From Nitrospirota bacterium (GTDB taxonomy: Bacteria > Nitrospirota > UBA9217): 64,000 nt of DNA. The notes under the pieces are model-generated. The model saw nothing but the letters and a program-made list of their open reading frames with translations. It ran no database searches and was not told the origin of the DNA. The stretch is from contig OY760142.1 in the NCBI GenBank assembly GCA_963663225.1, positions 2,336,001-2,400,000 of the forward strand, written 5' to 3'. Below are positions 19,137 through 31,132 of this stretch, in pieces (the stretch's first letter is position 1; each line of letters opens with the position of its first letter). A program made the translations under genes and the position numbers.

Positions 19137-19241
19137 AACGTATATATAGTTCCGGTATTTAAGCACGAAATATTTATGGAGGCTTCAAAGCTGAAAATGC
19201 TGCTTCCTGTATATTGAAATCCTGGATGTATGGAGCATGTT

Positions 19242-20504
19242 ATGTACATCATTTATAATTTATTTCTGATTATTGCGACGATATTGCTCTTTCCGCTGAT
19301 CCTTTTCAAGCTGATCACGGTTCCGAAATACCGGGGTGGAATCACCCAGAAATTCGGCAGACTGCGAAAGGGCGTCCTCAGAGTCACCAGAGGAACGCGC
19401 CCTATCTGGGTGCACGCCGTTTCTGTGGGAGAAGTAATGGCAGCCCATCCGCTCATCAGAGAGCTTAAGAAGAAATACCCGGGGCGTGCGTTGATTCTTT
19501 CGACGGTGACGGTCACGGGAAACTATACCGCCCGGCGCCGGGTTCCCGAGGCGGATGCTGTTTTTTTCTTTCCGTTTGACTATCCATGGGTCGTACGTCA
19601 TGTTATTCGCGGCATCAACCCTCAGGTGGTACTGGTTGCCGAAACAGAACTCTGGCCCAATTTTTTCCGGGAACTGAAAAAGGCGGGAATACCTTCAGCC
19701 GTGATAAACGGCAGGATTTCCCTGAAGTCCCACAGAAACTATCTGCGCTTCAGATCATTTTTCCGTCTTGTTTTCGAGAATGTGGACCTCTTTTGCATGC
19801 AATCCGATGCAGATGCACTGCGGATCAAAGAAATAGGGGCCGCCCCCGAAAAGGTTATTGTGACCGGAAATCTCAAATTTGACCAGAAAATATCAATGCC
19901 CCAATCTCTGCCCGCGCTCATTCCGCCGGGGAAAAAGGTCATCACCGCGGGCAGTACACACCGGGGAGAAGAAGAAATACTGCTGGAAATTTTTACACAG
20001 CTCAGGACAAAATATCCAGGGCTGCTGCTCATTCTGGCTCCGCGTCATCCTGAACGGTTTGATGAAGTTGCAGGACTCATCAGCAAGGCTGGCTACGAAT
20101 GCCAGCGCAGAACCGAATTAAGAGGGACGATTAAAGATGTTCTGCTGCTTGACACAATCGGTGAACTGAGAGCCTTTTACTCGATTTGCGACATTGCCTT
20201 TGTGGGTGGAAGTCTCGTCAAGGTAGGAGGGCATAACCTTCTCGAACCCGCAGCAATGAAAAAACCCGTGGTCTTCAGCCGTTATATGTTCAACTTCAAG
20301 GAAATATCAGAAGCATTGCTGTCAGCGGGCGGAGGTGTCATGGTACGGGATAAATGGGACCTCTTTTCTCAATTCGAAAAACTGTTATCTGATAAAGAAC
20401 TGGCAGCGCGCATGGGAGAACAGGCATTTCAGGTAATCGAAGCAAACTCAGGTGCGGCGAAAAAAACCATTGACGCAATCGGCAGGTTCCTTGTTGCTCA
20501 ATAA
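19242..20504 (+). CDS. waaA: Kdo transferase
   Basis: WVHAVSVGE; ETELWPN; GNLKFD; APRHPERF; GGHNLLEP. Confidence 0.95.
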   Translation: MYIIYNLFLIIATILLFPLILFKLITVPKYRGGITQKFGRLRKGVLRVTRGTRPIWVHAVSVGEVMAAHPLIRELKKKYPGRALILSTVTVTGNYTARRRVPEADAVFFFPFDYPWVVRHVIRGINPQVVLVAETELWPNFFRELKKAGIPSAVINGRISLKSHRNYLRFRSFFRLVFENVDLFCMQSDADALRIKEIGAAPEKVIVTGNLKFDQKISMPQSLPALIPPGKKVITAGSTHRGEEEILLEIFTQLRTKYPGLLLILAPRHPERFDEVAGLISKAGYECQRRTELRGTIKDVLLLDTIGELRAFYSICDIAFVGGSLVKVGGHNLLEPAAMKKPVVFSRYMFNFKEISEALLSAGGGVMVRDKWDLFSQFEKLLSDKELAARMGEQAFQVIEANSGAAKKTIDAIGRFLVAQ

Positions 20505-21567
20505 ATCCTATTTTGAAGATCTGATGTACGGAAGAGCTGCATCTTGTTTCTGGGATCCTGTGCTGTGCGCACTGTCCCGGGGATACGGCATAGCCATCCG
20601 CATGCGGCGTGCGCTCTACTCGTTGCGGTTTTATCAATCCAAAGAACTTTCTCTTCCGGTCATCTCCGTCGGCAACATTACCCTTGGAGGCACCGGGAAA
20701 ACTCCGACCGTTATCGGCATTGGTACGCTCCTCCTTCAGAAAGGAAAACGCCCTGCGGTCATTAGCAGGGGCTACGGCAGAACAAGTGAAGGCGATGCCT
20801 TGGTTGTATCCGACGGACGGACGGTTCTTGTGGATGCGCAGACCGGCGGGGATGAACCTGTTCTTATCGGCTCAAAGCTGCGGGGTGCTCCCGTCGTTGT
20901 GGGGAAAAGCAAGTACCACGCCGCTCTGAACGCGGTGCACCTGTTCGATCCGGATGTGCTGATACTGGACGACGGATATCAGCATATACGACTGAAAAGA
21001 ACACTTGACATAGTGCTTGTTGACGCTGAAAATCCTTTCGGAAATGGCAGGCTGTTTCCTGCCGGGATATTGCGGGAACCAGTGTCCGCCCTCAGCCGCG
21101 CCCATGCCGTGTTGATTACCAAGGGCGAGCGAACCGAGGATGTGGAACGGTTAAAAAAAATCATCGCACAACTGACAAAAGCCCGGATTTTTTCTTCTCA
21201 GTTTCTCCCGATTGATGTAATAGACTGCTGCAGTGGCGAGCGGCAACCCTTATCCTTCCTGCAGGGCGCCAGAGTGCTTATGCTTGCGGGTATTGCGCGA
21301 CCGGCGTCCTTGGCCGCTCTCCTGAAATCGCTGGATGCATCTGTCGTTGCTGAAAGCATCTATCCGGATCACTATGTGTACGAAAAATCCGACCTTGCGG
21401 TGTGCTATAAAAAAGCAATTGCTGAGAATGCCGATATTATTATTACCACTGAAAAAGACGCTGTGCGACTGAAACCGCTCAAACCCCAGGGAGTATATGC
21501 ACTCAGTATAGAATTATCAGTGCATGAGCGGGAAGAGTGGAACGCATTCATTCTCGCGCACGTCTGA
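20491..21567 (+). CDS. lpxK: Tetraacyldisaccharide 4'-kinase (start codon uncertain)
   Basis: SVGNITLGGTGKTP; SRGYG; DDGYQH; TTEKD. Confidence 0.94.
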   Translation: MLLNKSYFEDLMYGRAASCFWDPVLCALSRGYGIAIRMRRALYSLRFYQSKELSLPVISVGNITLGGTGKTPTVIGIGTLLLQKGKRPAVISRGYGRTSEGDALVVSDGRTVLVDAQTGGDEPVLIGSKLRGAPVVVGKSKYHAALNAVHLFDPDVLILDDGYQHIRLKRTLDIVLVDAENPFGNGRLFPAGILREPVSALSRAHAVLITKGERTEDVERLKKIIAQLTKARIFSSQFLPIDVIDCCSGERQPLSFLQGARVLMLAGIARPASLAALLKSLDASVVAESIYPDHYVYEKSDLAVCYKKAIAENADIIITTEKDAVRLKPLKPQGVYALSIELSVHEREEWNAFILAHV

Positions 21568-21622
21568 CAGCAGTCAGAGCACAGGCTCAACGCATACGCT
21601 TCACAGAACAAGGGTATGTCAT

Positions 21623-22204
21623 ATGAATAAAGCCGTTTTTCTCGACAGAGATGGAACTATTAATGAGGAAGTGGGGTACATCACCGACCTGAATAAACTT
21701 CGGCTGATTCCCGGCGCCGCTGCAGCAATCAGAAAGTTAAATGAGGCCGGTTTTAAAGTCGTCGTGGTTACAAACCAGGCGGGAGTTGCCCGCGGTCATT
21801 TTACCGAACCGTTTATTTTGGAAACACACAGACTTTTTTTAGCAATGCTTCGTGCAGAAGATGCCCGTATCGACGGAATCTATTACTGTCCGCACCATCC
21901 TACGATAGGGAATACCTCGTACACGATCGACTGTGACTGCCGGAAGCCGAAAACAGGGATGATAGACCGGGCGGCACGGGACCTTCATATCAACGTCAAC
22001 ACATCGTATATGGTGGGAGACAAGTGGAGTGATATCGAAATGGGCCAGCGAGCAGGTGCTCATACTGTTCTGGTGAGAACCGGTTTCGGATCCGATGAAC
22101 AGAATAATGACAGGCCTTCTACGGTGGCAGAACCTGATTTTATTTCCCGGGATATATCGGAAGCAGTTGAATGGATACTGCGCCACACATTGAATAATAC
22201 ATGA
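21623..22204 (+). CDS. gmhB: Heptose-1,7-bisphosphate phosphatase (ADP-heptose route)
   Basis: FLDRDGTIN; TNQAG; CPHHP; CDCRKP; GDK. Confidence 0.9.
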   Translation: MNKAVFLDRDGTINEEVGYITDLNKLRLIPGAAAAIRKLNEAGFKVVVVTNQAGVARGHFTEPFILETHRLFLAMLRAEDARIDGIYYCPHHPTIGNTSYTIDCDCRKPKTGMIDRAARDLHINVNTSYMVGDKWSDIEMGQRAGAHTVLVRTGFGSDEQNNDRPSTVAEPDFISRDISEAVEWILRHTLNNT

Positions 22205-23271
22205 TGGGACAAACGCCTGAAAAAATTCTTGTGATGCGATATCGCTTTATCGGAGATACGCTCCTCACAATTCCATTTCTTCGAAATTTACGCAGAGCAA
22301 AACCTAACGCGTACATTGCGTGGATGGTGGCGCCTCTGTCGTCCGATGTGGTGAAAAACAATCCCTATGTAGATGAATTGATTTACTGGGACCCGGTAAC
22401 GATTCACGCTGACAGCAAAGGGACTCATCGTTCTTTTTTTTCCAAAGTGCAGTTTGTAAAAAGATTGCGTGCAAAACAGTTTGACACGGTCTATGTGCTA
22501 AAACGGTCTCTTTCCAGCGCGATCCTGGCATTGTTGAGCGGGGCGCCGAAACGAATCGGGTTCGACACGGAAGGCAGGGGAATCCTTTTAACCATTAAGG
22601 TCCCGTATCGTAATGACATTCACGAAGTAGAAAATTTTTTGTCGGTTTTACGGGCTGACGCCGTACCGGTTATGGATGATTACCTCGAACTCTGGACCCG
22701 GCCGGAAGATGACGCTGCGGTTGATCAGCTTTTATCAGAGGCAGGGATTGAAGCAGGCAGACCCATCGTAGCGCTCCATCCGTTTTCCGCGGTCGTTGAA
22801 CGGGGATGGCCGCTGCAGAATTTTGCAGAGCTTGGCGTACGTCTTTCCGAGTACGGCTACTCTCCCGTGGTTCTTGGCGGAAACAAAGACACCGAGGCGT
22901 TTCGAAGCGCAGCACATCTTTTTTCGAAGCAGACTGTCAGTCTGGTGGGAAAACTTTCCATTCTGCAGACCGCTTCCCTGTTGAGGAAAGCTTCACTTTT
23001 TGTCGGCAACGACAGCGGTATCATGCATCTGGCGGCCGCGGCGGGAGCGCCGCTTGTGGCGATTTTTGGTCCGCAGTCTCCTGGCAAATTTGGCCCCTGG
23101 AGTTCGCAAGCCACGTTATTGTATAAAAAATTTCCGTGCTCACCCTGCAGGCAAAAATTTTTCACTGAATGTGCACCCTCTCCCAGAAAGAGGCCTGCAT
23201 GTGTGGAAACAATTACCGTGGACGAGACACTGCAGGCGTGCATAAACCGGCTCTCATCTGCGCGGCCATGA
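22201..23271 (+). CDS. waaF: GT9 LPS heptosyltransferase
   Basis: IGDTL; NDSGIMHLAAA; FGP. Confidence 0.78.
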   Translation: MMGQTPEKILVMRYRFIGDTLLTIPFLRNLRRAKPNAYIAWMVAPLSSDVVKNNPYVDELIYWDPVTIHADSKGTHRSFFSKVQFVKRLRAKQFDTVYVLKRSLSSAILALLSGAPKRIGFDTEGRGILLTIKVPYRNDIHEVENFLSVLRADAVPVMDDYLELWTRPEDDAAVDQLLSEAGIEAGRPIVALHPFSAVVERGWPLQNFAELGVRLSEYGYSPVVLGGNKDTEAFRSAAHLFSKQTVSLVGKLSILQTASLLRKASLFVGNDSGIMHLAAAAGAPLVAIFGPQSPGKFGPWSSQATLLYKKFPCSPCRQKFFTECAPSPRKRPACVETITVDETLQACINRLSSARP

Positions 23272-23343
23272 TATCCGGGATTTGATTGCCTCGTAAGTAA
23301 TCAGACGGGGCGTTCACAATCCAGATTCTCCAGAAGGATTGCT

Positions 23344-24117
23344 ATGCGTCAGAAAATATCAGTTGTCATTATCACGCTAAACGAAGAGCGGAACATCAAG
23401 CGCACCCTCGAAAGCGTTGCCTGGTCAGACGAAATCATTATCGTCGACTCCGGCAGTTCCGACAAAACGATTTCGATCTGCCGTGAGTACACAGATAGTG
23501 TTTTTCATCAAGAATGGCTTGGCTTTGCGGAACAAAAAAATTTCGCCATTGGAAAAGCAACCGGTGACTGGGTGTTGAGCCTGGATGCTGACGAACCGGT
23601 AGAGCCCGCACTGGCGGATGAAATACGTTCACTTATTTCCGAAACAAACTCCTGTGACGGCTACCGGATTCCGAGGAGAACTTTTTTTCTCGGAAAAGAA
23701 ATCAAACACGGAGGCTGGTACCCTGATTACAATTTAAGACTTTTTCGGACTGGAAAAGGTTGTTTTGAAGAACGTGCCGTGCATGAGGCAATGCGGATTC
23801 AAGGTCGTCTCGGCACCACGCGCCACGCGATACTGCATTATGCCTATCCCGATCTCGCATCATATGTATCGTCAATGAACAAATACTCAACTCTGGCCGT
23901 GGAAGTTATGGAAACAAAAGGGATCGGTTTTTTCAGGCAGAGTTGGATGAACATTGTTTTCCGACCGTTTTTCACATTCGTTCATAAGTATATTTTCAGA
24001 TTCGGATTTCTTGATGGAAAACATGGATTGATCCTCAATATATTCCACGCGTATTATGTCTTTACCAAATACGCAAAAGCGTGGGAACATTCGAACCGGA
24101 GACATATTGAAGGCTAA
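23344..24117 (+). CDS. GT2 LPS-core beta-glucosyltransferase (WaaE/KdtX-like)
   Basis: NEE.NI; DSGS.D; LDADE; VHE; GFLDG..G. Confidence 0.85.
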   Translation: MRQKISVVIITLNEERNIKRTLESVAWSDEIIIVDSGSSDKTISICREYTDSVFHQEWLGFAEQKNFAIGKATGDWVLSLDADEPVEPALADEIRSLISETNSCDGYRIPRRTFFLGKEIKHGGWYPDYNLRLFRTGKGCFEERAVHEAMRIQGRLGTTRHAILHYAYPDLASYVSSMNKYSTLAVEVMETKGIGFFRQSWMNIVFRPFFTFVHKYIFRFGFLDGKHGLILNIFHAYYVFTKYAKAWEHSNRRHIEG

Positions 24118-24120
24118 ACG

Positions 24121-25212
24121 ATGAAGATCCTTTTTGTGAATAATTCTAGGGGAAGAGGCGGGGGCGAAGAGTTTTTACGGGATCTTCTGCCAGGGCTCAT
24201 TGAAGCAGGAGCAACCGTCGGGCTTATTTGCCGTCCGAACACCCCCTTGACCGAAATGTTTTTAAAATCAAAGGTTGCCGTCCACACGGTCGACCGTTCG
24301 GGTCTTGCTGCCCTTCTGTCAATCGTGAGGATCTCCCGGATTATTCGGAAAAACGATTATACCATTATAAGCATCCAGCGGGGGCACGATATTCTGCAGT
24401 CATGGGCTGCGGCGCATGCATCGTTCCGGAACCCGGCCCTGATTTACACGGTGCAGGTGCCGGAATTTTTGAAGTCGCGTTTTCTTCTCCAACGAATGGA
24501 TGCTGTCACGACTATCTCACGATATATTGCTGAAAAATTGAGGCATTTTGCACCAGCGATTTCACAAATACTTGCCATTCTTTACTATGGAATTGATGTC
24601 AATAAATTTTCACAAATTCACATTACTCGAGGATGGTTGAGAGATCGTTTCAATCTAGAACGAAACGTCAAAATTATCGCGACAGTCGGCGACCTATGGA
24701 AAAACCAGATAGAATTCTTGGACTCCCTGGCGATCATCAGACGAACCTTACCAGGCACATTATTTGCCTTGGTTGGTGAAAAGTCTGATTCCAAAGAAGT
24801 AGCAATGTTCAAACGTAAGGCAGATGAACTTGGGGTGGCAGACGCGATATTATGGGTGGGAAGACTGTCAAAAGACGATATGATGCAATTCTATGCAGAT
24901 GTCGATGTGGCGGTCAGCACTCATCGGAATGAAGGGTTCGGGATCTGGGTACTGGAAACCCTTGCAATGGGAACTCCGGTTGTTTCGGTGAACGCCGGCG
25001 GAATCAGAGATTCCCTGAAGGATTGCCCTGCAGGTCTCTTGGTGGACGGCGGTCCGGCAGAGATGTCCGAAGCGTTAGTCAGAATTTTGACCGATGATAC
25101 CTTACGGAAGAATATGGCAGCTGCCGGACCCCGTTGGGTGGCGGAACGATTCAAGAAGGAACGCATGATAAATGATTATTACCGTTTTTTTAAACACGTC
25201 GAAAAGAAATAA
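24121..25212 (+). CDS. GT4 glycosyltransferase
   Basis: GGGE N-terminal motif; EGFGIWVLE (Ex7E). Confidence 0.85.
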   Translation: MKILFVNNSRGRGGGEEFLRDLLPGLIEAGATVGLICRPNTPLTEMFLKSKVAVHTVDRSGLAALLSIVRISRIIRKNDYTIISIQRGHDILQSWAAAHASFRNPALIYTVQVPEFLKSRFLLQRMDAVTTISRYIAEKLRHFAPAISQILAILYYGIDVNKFSQIHITRGWLRDRFNLERNVKIIATVGDLWKNQIEFLDSLAIIRRTLPGTLFALVGEKSDSKEVAMFKRKADELGVADAILWVGRLSKDDMMQFYADVDVAVSTHRNEGFGIWVLETLAMGTPVVSVNAGGIRDSLKDCPAGLLVDGGPAEMSEALVRILTDDTLRKNMAAAGPRWVAERFKKERMINDYYRFFKHVEKK

Positions 25213-25248
25213 AAACCAAGTTCGTATCACCGGGTGTGCATATTTTCT

Positions 25249-26349
25249 ATGAATATTCTTCTGATCATTTCAAAAAATGATAAATATGGAGCTCAGAGAG
25301 TTTTTCTCGAGCAGGTGATGGCGTTGCACCAGATGAAACACTCCCTGATTATTGTAGGACGCGGTGATATAGGATATATTCCTGATGGGGTACGGGCGTT
25401 GGGTTTGCAATATTACAGCACTCCAATGAAGGGAATAAACGACCTTCTGTTTTTACGCCGGCTTGTAAAGCAGAACAATATCCATATTATACATACAGCG
25501 CTTGACAGGGCTGATTATTTCGGATTGATTCTTTCGAAGCTGACAGGGCGTCCAGTTATCAGCACCATGAATGTACGAAGGTATCATATTGGGTATCGTT
25601 TTGCAGATAGAGTCGTCACTGTGTCGAATACACAAAAAGGCCTGTTGCTTAAGCATGGCGTGCAGACACAAAAAATAAGAGTAATCCGGCCTGGAATTGA
25701 TGTAGAACGGTATTCAAGTCCTGTTCCTGAAAAACAGAAAGATTGGAAACAGAAGCTTAATACCGAACAATACAGCATTGTTTTCATCCACATATCGAGC
25801 GTCATACCTCAAAAAAGCCATGGGGTGTCCATTGAACTCGTGGAAGAATGCAAAAAAAGAGGAGAGACTCCGCTCTTGATTATTGCTGGAGATCCGCTTC
25901 AGGGTGATTATTATGATTCTCTCATCGCTAAAATTAACATCAGCGGGCTGGGGAAAAATGTTTTTTTTACCGGCTGGACGTCAGACCTGCCGGAATTGCT
26001 TTCCTTGAGCCATTTTACGCTTCTTCCTTCTGTTCATGAGGCTTTTGGGATGGTGCTGCTGGAGGGAATGGCGGCAGGAACTCCCATTATTGCGAGAGAA
26101 GGCGAGGGAGGGGCTGAATTGATTGAAGAATATGGTACCGGATTCCTTTATAGCCCGACTTTCAGTGTATCGACTTTAGCGAAGCAATTGCTGACTCTCC
26201 GGCATGACAGCCGATCCTATAAAGTCCTATCGGATCGGTGCAGAGAACTTGCGAAACGGGAGTTTTCTACAGCACAGTTTGGAAAACAACTTGTAGACGT
26301 GTACAATTCCCTTCTTCCTGGTAGTTGTCAGAACAAAAAACCGGTCTAA
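25249..26349 (+). CDS. GT4 glycosyltransferase
   Basis: YGAQR; EAFGMVLLEGMAAG. Confidence 0.85.
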   Translation: MNILLIISKNDKYGAQRVFLEQVMALHQMKHSLIIVGRGDIGYIPDGVRALGLQYYSTPMKGINDLLFLRRLVKQNNIHIIHTALDRADYFGLILSKLTGRPVISTMNVRRYHIGYRFADRVVTVSNTQKGLLLKHGVQTQKIRVIRPGIDVERYSSPVPEKQKDWKQKLNTEQYSIVFIHISSVIPQKSHGVSIELVEECKKRGETPLLIIAGDPLQGDYYDSLIAKINISGLGKNVFFTGWTSDLPELLSLSHFTLLPSVHEAFGMVLLEGMAAGTPIIAREGEGGAELIEEYGTGFLYSPTFSVSTLAKQLLTLRHDSRSYKVLSDRCRELAKREFSTAQFGKQLVDVYNSLLPGSCQNKKPV

Positions 26350-26392
26350 TATCCAGGAAGATTCCAGAGGCTGTCGGGTTTATATTATAGAC

Positions 26393-26421
26393 TTTACAAT
26401 TATTTAAAAAAAATGTAATCT
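26393..26421 (+). promoter_or_regulatory. Putative sigma70 promoter of the sugar locus
   Basis: TTTACA-17-TAATCT upstream of rfbF. Confidence 0.45.
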
Positions 26422-26501
26422 GCCATTTTGAACATTTGACATCGTTGATGCAGATATCGACAACACTGCATGCGGGTAACCAATCCGCCAGAGGTGGTAC
26501 T

Positions 26502-27272
26502 ATGAAAGTTGTAATTTTAGCAGGAGGACTTGGTACAAGGATTAGCGAAGAAACAGTCGTTCGACCCAAACCCATGGTTGAAATTGGCGGTAAACCGATT
26601 CTCTGGCATATCATGAAAATATATTCACACTTTGGTTTTAATGAGTTTGTTATCTGTCTCGGTTTCAAAGGCTACATGATAAAAGAGTATTTTTCCAATT
26701 ATTTTTTGCATATGAGCGACATCACGTTTGACATGTGCAAAAACTCCATGCAGGTGCATCAACAATACGCCGAACCGTGGAAAGTAACGCTCGTGGACAC
26801 GGGCGAAGAAACGATGACGGGTGGCAGATTAAAACGGGTTGCCGACTATGTTGGCAAAGAAACCTTTATGATGACATACGGCGACGGTGTTGGAAATGTG
26901 AATATTCAGGATTTGTTTTCATTTCATAAAAAACACAACAGGTATGCGACGATGACATCGGTTCAGCCTTCTGGAAGATTCGGGGCGATGAACATAGATG
27001 GAAACAGCGCAGTGGTCTCTTTTCAGGAAAAACCAAAAGGAGACGGTTCCTGGATCAATGGTGGTTTCTTTATGCTCGAGCCGCACGTGATCGACTACAT
27101 AAAATCCGATGAAACTATTTGGGAGCGCGAACCACTGGAGAATCTGGTAAAAGACCATCAGTTGATGGCATATAAACATAATGGATTTTGGCAACCCATG
27201 GATACGCTCAGGGACAAGAATCAACTCGAAAATCTTTGGAAGTCTGGCAATGCACCGTGGAAGGTATGGTGA
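26502..27272 (+). CDS. rfbF: Glucose-1-phosphate cytidylyltransferase
   Basis: [18 protein letters not shown]; TMTGGR; [10 protein letters not shown]. Confidence 0.95.
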   Translation: MKVVILAGGLGTRISEETVVRPKPMVEIGGKPILWHIMKIYSHFGFNEFVICLGFKGYMIKEYFSNYFLHMSDITFDMCKNSMQVHQQYAEPWKVTLVDTGEETMTGGRLKRVADYVGKETFMMTYGDGVGNVNIQDLFSFHKKHNRYATMTSVQPSGRFGAMNIDGNSAVVSFQEKPKGDGSWINGGFFMLEPHVIDYIKSDETIWEREPLENLVKDHQLMAYKHNGFWQPMDTLRDKNQLENLWKSGNAPWKVW

Positions 27273-27400
27273 TTCTCGTTAAGATAACCGATCAGATGTC
27301 ACAATAGTTCTTATGACGACGCTGTTTCTGTACTTTTGTTAAAGTGCGGTAGGCAAAGTTCACTTTTGGAATTAAAAGTGGTTTCATAACAGGCATATCA

Positions 27401-28519
27401 ATGAAAGATAATATAAAAAAACACGGAAATTTGGAAAATTCTTTCGAAGGTTTTTTTAAAGACAAGCGCGTTTTTATTACCGGGCATACCGGTTTTAAGG
27501 GTTCCTGGCTTTGTCTGTGGCTGTCCGCGCTTGGCGCGGAAGTCAACGGTTATGCCCTGAATCCGCCAACGGATCCAAGTCTGTTCGAGCTTGCAGACAT
27601 CAAAAAACTCGTTTTCTCAACAATCGCCGATGTGAGGGACAATGCTGCACTAACAAAAACGATGCTTGCCGTCCGTCCTGAGATTGTCATCCATATGGCG
27701 GCGCAGCCGCTCGTACGTGATTCCTATAAAATACCGGCAGAGACGTATTCCGTCAATGTCATGGGTACGGTGAATTTGTTCGAATCCGTGCGCCAGTGTG
27801 ATACCGTAAGAGCAGTACTGAATGTAACAACAGATAAATGTTATGAGAATAAAGAATGGGTGTGGGGTTACAGGGAGAACGAACCGCTTGGGGGATACGA
27901 TCCCTATTCAAACAGCAAGGCCTGTTCGGAACTGGTAACGTCGGCCTACCGAAACTCATATTTCAACCCAAAAGACTATGCGTCACACGGTGTGACGATC
28001 GCGTCGGCCAGAGCCGGAAATGTCATCGGCGGTGGTGACTGGGCCACGGACAGATTGGTGCCCGATTGCATCAGGGCTCTTTTGAAAAAAGAAAAAATTC
28101 TGATCAGAAACCCACAGGCGATTCGTCCATGGCAGCATGTGCTCGAGCCACTGAACGGATATCTCATGCTGGCAAAAAAAATGTGTGAAGATGGACCGCG
28201 CTACGCAAAACCCTGGAACTTTGGTCCTGATGATGCCGATGCGAAGCCGGTCGAATGGCTGGTTAAGCAGTTGTGTGTGGCATGGGGTGAGGGAGCTTCC
28301 TATACGATTGACGCCGCTGCGCACCCCCATGAAGCTCACTACCTGAAGCTCGACTGCTCCCAGGCTATGAATGAACTGGACTGGCATCCCAAGTGGAATT
28401 TGGAAACAACGATAAGCAGCATTCTCGACTGGACACAAGAATATCGAAATCATCGCGATATTAAAAGCATTTGTTTAAAACAAATTGAAAAATATCTTAC
28501 ACAAGAGGATGCTGCATGA
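27401..28519 (+). CDS. rfbG: CDP-glucose 4,6-dehydratase
   Basis: [10 protein letters not shown]; AAQPLVR.SY; TTDKCY; PYSNSK; RPWQHVLEP. Confidence 0.95.
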   Translation: MKDNIKKHGNLENSFEGFFKDKRVFITGHTGFKGSWLCLWLSALGAEVNGYALNPPTDPSLFELADIKKLVFSTIADVRDNAALTKTMLAVRPEIVIHMAAQPLVRDSYKIPAETYSVNVMGTVNLFESVRQCDTVRAVLNVTTDKCYENKEWVWGYRENEPLGGYDPYSNSKACSELVTSAYRNSYFNPKDYASHGVTIASARAGNVIGGGDWATDRLVPDCIRALLKKEKILIRNPQAIRPWQHVLEPLNGYLMLAKKMCEDGPRYAKPWNFGPDDADAKPVEWLVKQLCVAWGEGASYTIDAAAHPHEAHYLKLDCSQAMNELDWHPKWNLETTISSILDWTQEYRNHRDIKSICLKQIEKYLTQEDAA

Positions 28520-29739
28520 ATTGCAGATTTTGCAGGAAAGAAAATATTTTCAAGTTTCTTGAGCTTGGAACCATCGCCTTGGCAAACAGCTTTCTTACTG
28601 ATCAGGAATTAGCGTCTGGAGGAGAGCCCACCTATCCCTTGGATGTACATTTTTGCGAACAATGCGGTTTGGTGCAAATCGGCCATGTAGTGGCGCCCGA
28701 TGCGCTTTTTAAAGAGTATATATATTTTTCCGCCACGTCGGATCTGGTTCATAAACATGCCGACTACCTAGCGAAAAGTTTTCAGAGGCGTTTTGGTCTT
28801 ACGGGCGATTCTCGAGTTATTGAGATTGCCAGCAATGACGGAACTGTGTTGCGGTATTTCAAAAAAACCGGTGTCAAGACTCTTGGCGTAGAGCCTGCCA
28901 AGAACATCGCAGCGGTGGCTGAAAAATCGGGCATCGAAACAGTCAATGATTTCTTCAACGAGACAACATCGTGTCAGATAAAAAATAAGTATGGTCCGGC
29001 CGATGTTATCCTCGCCCGCCATGTGTTTGCTCATGTTCCGGAAATTCATGGATTTGTGAAAGGCCTAAAAAATCTTTTAGATGACCATGGCGTGATTGCA
29101 ATCGAAGCTCCTTATCTTATTGACTTTATCGAAAAGACAGAATTTGACACGGTTTATCACGAACACTATTCATACCTGTCAATGCGTGCCATGTCCTACC
29201 TGTTCAATCTTTATGGGATGGAAATTTTTGACGCCGAAAGAGTAACCATCCACGGGGGATCTCTTATTTATTTTATCGGGAACAAAGGAAAGCATGAAGT
29301 CGCCTCGAACGCACCAAAATTGATACAGTCAGAGTTTGAAAAGAAGCTTGATCAAAGGGAAACTTATATCAATTTTGCAAAACGGACATCAAGGATTAAA
29401 ACAGACTTGATTGACCTGTTAAAAAAGATCAAAGCATCGGGAAAAAGAATCGCCGCCTACGGAGCGCCGGCCAAGGGAAATACCTTGCTCAATTATTGCG
29501 GCATTACGCGGAATCTTGTTGAATACACTGTTGATAAAAGCCCTTACAAGCAGAATCTTTTTACACCGGGCGCTCATCTGCGGGTATTTCATCCGGATAA
29601 ACTTGTTCAGGACATGCCGGATTTTGTATTATTACTAGCATGGAATTTTGCTGAAGAAATTTTTGAACAGCAGAAAGAATACCGCTCAAAGGGTGGCAAA
29701 TTTATTCTGCCCATTCCCGATGTCAGGATTGTGTCATGA
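28516..29739 (+). CDS. NDP-hexose C-methyltransferase (TcaB9/EryBIII/NovU family)
   Basis: Zn motif CRFC...CEQC; EIASNDG; YHEHYSY; YGAPAKG; LLAWNF. Confidence 0.9.
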   Translation: MNCRFCRKENIFKFLELGTIALANSFLTDQELASGGEPTYPLDVHFCEQCGLVQIGHVVAPDALFKEYIYFSATSDLVHKHADYLAKSFQRRFGLTGDSRVIEIASNDGTVLRYFKKTGVKTLGVEPAKNIAAVAEKSGIETVNDFFNETTSCQIKNKYGPADVILARHVFAHVPEIHGFVKGLKNLLDDHGVIAIEAPYLIDFIEKTEFDTVYHEHYSYLSMRAMSYLFNLYGMEIFDAERVTIHGGSLIYFIGNKGKHEVASNAPKLIQSEFEKKLDQRETYINFAKRTSRIKTDLIDLLKKIKASGKRIAAYGAPAKGNTLLNYCGITRNLVEYTVDKSPYKQNLFTPGAHLRVFHPDKLVQDMPDFVLLLAWNFAEEIFEQQKEYRSKGGKFILPIPDVRIVS

Positions 29740-30275
29740 TTTTCACAGAGACAATCCTGAACGGTTCTTATCTTATCGATATGGAGCCTGTTGAAGACGA
29801 AAGAGGTTTTTTCTCACGAAGTTTTTGCCGGAAAGAATTTTCTTCCCACGGGCTGAAAACGAATATTGCGCAATGCAATGTCTCTTTTAACAAAAAAAAG
29901 AGTACCTTGCGCGGCATGCACTTTCAAATACCGCCGAAAGCAGAGGCAAAACTTGTACGCTGTACCCGTGGTGCGATATATGATGTTATCATTGATCTGC
30001 GACCTCAATCAGTAACATACTGCAAATGGGCGGCATTTGATTTGACGGCACAAAATTGCAAGGCACTTTACATACCGGAAGGATTTGCCCACGGTTTTCA
30101 AACGGCGGAAGACAATTCTGAAGTTTTTTACCAGATGTTTGAGACCTATGCCCCGGATTATGCTGCGGGCGTAAGATGGGATGATCCGGCTTTCGGTATC
30201 ACTTGGCCACTTAACAACCCTATTATGTCTGAAAAAGACCTGAGATATCCTCTTTTTTCAAAGACCTCAATATGA
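29736..30275 (+). CDS. rfbC: NDP-4-keto-6-deoxyhexose 3,5-epimerase (RmlC cupin)
   Basis: DERGFF; LRGMHFQ; GFAHGF; WDDP. Confidence 0.9.
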   Translation: MIFTETILNGSYLIDMEPVEDERGFFSRSFCRKEFSSHGLKTNIAQCNVSFNKKKSTLRGMHFQIPPKAEAKLVRCTRGAIYDVIIDLRPQSVTYCKWAAFDLTAQNCKALYIPEGFAHGFQTAEDNSEVFYQMFETYAPDYAAGVRWDDPAFGITWPLNNPIMSEKDLRYPLFSKTSI

Positions 30276-31132
30276 AGATTCTTCTTATTGGTAAGACCGG
30301 ACAGCTTGGCGGTGATATACTGAAAAATGGTACAAGCCATGAAATTCATGCACCTGAACGGTCCATGCTGAATATTGAATCGAAAGATGAAATTGAGAAA
30401 GCAGTAAAGACATATAAACCCTCAGTGGTAATAAACACTGCGGCATTTCATAATGTTCCGCTCTGTGAAACTGAGTATGAAAAAGCTTTTCGCGTAAACT
30501 GCATTGCTGTCAGGGATATTGCACTTGTCTGCAAAAAAATGAGCGCTCGATTCGTAACTTTCAGTTCGGATTATGTCTTTGGTGGCGAAAAACGATTTCC
30601 TTATCAAGAAACAGACCAGCCCGCCCCCTTGCAAGTGTATGGTATTTCACGAGTTGCAGGGGAGTATGCCGCACTTGCGGCAGCGCATGATATCACCACT
30701 ATTATCAGAACCTGTGGACTCTACGGCATATCCGGGGCGCGTTCCAAGGGAGGTAATTTTGTCGATAAACGAATTCAGGAGGCAAGGGGGCAATCATCTC
30801 TCGAAATGGGATGTGAACAAATAGTTTGCCCAACGTATACGGATGATCTCAGCAGGGCTGTATTGCGCCTAATCGAGCATCCTCGGGCCCAGTCTGGAAT
30901 TTATCATCTTGTTAATGAAGGAGAATGCAGTTGGCATGAATTTACTAAAACTATTTACGAGATCATGAATATTCGTGTCGAGGTCAAGCCGGTTGACAGA
31001 CAGGGAATGAGCGGGACGATGAGACGGCCTCTTTACTCTGTTTTGAAAAATACAAATGCCAGAGCCTTGGGAATAACGCTCCCGTCCTGGCGTGATGCGC
31101 TGGTGAGATATTTAAAAGAAAAACACAAGTAA
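30272..31132 (+). CDS. rfbD: NDP-4-keto-6-deoxyhexose reductase (RmlD family)
   Basis: GKTGQLG; SSDYVF; YGISR (YxxxK to YxxxR variant); RP.YSVL. Confidence 0.85.
   Translation: MKILLIGKTGQLGGDILKNGTSHEIHAPERSMLNIESKDEIEKAVKTYKPSVVINTAAFHNVPLCETEYEKAFRVNCIAVRDIALVCKKMSARFVTFSSDYVFGGEKRFPYQETDQPAPLQVYGISRVAGEYAALAAAHDITTIIRTCGLYGISGARSKGGNFVDKRIQEARGQSSLEMGCEQIVCPTYTDDLSRAVLRLIEHPRAQSGIYHLVNEGECSWHEFTKTIYEIMNIRVEVKPVDRQGMSGTMRRPLYSVLKNTNARALGITLPSWRDALVRYLKEKHK

Noticed and set aside
27344-27353. ops/JUMPstart-like GTGCGGTAGG between rfbF and rfbG
   Set aside because: Only a partial match to GGCGGTAG, and no RfaH-like gene is in the window.
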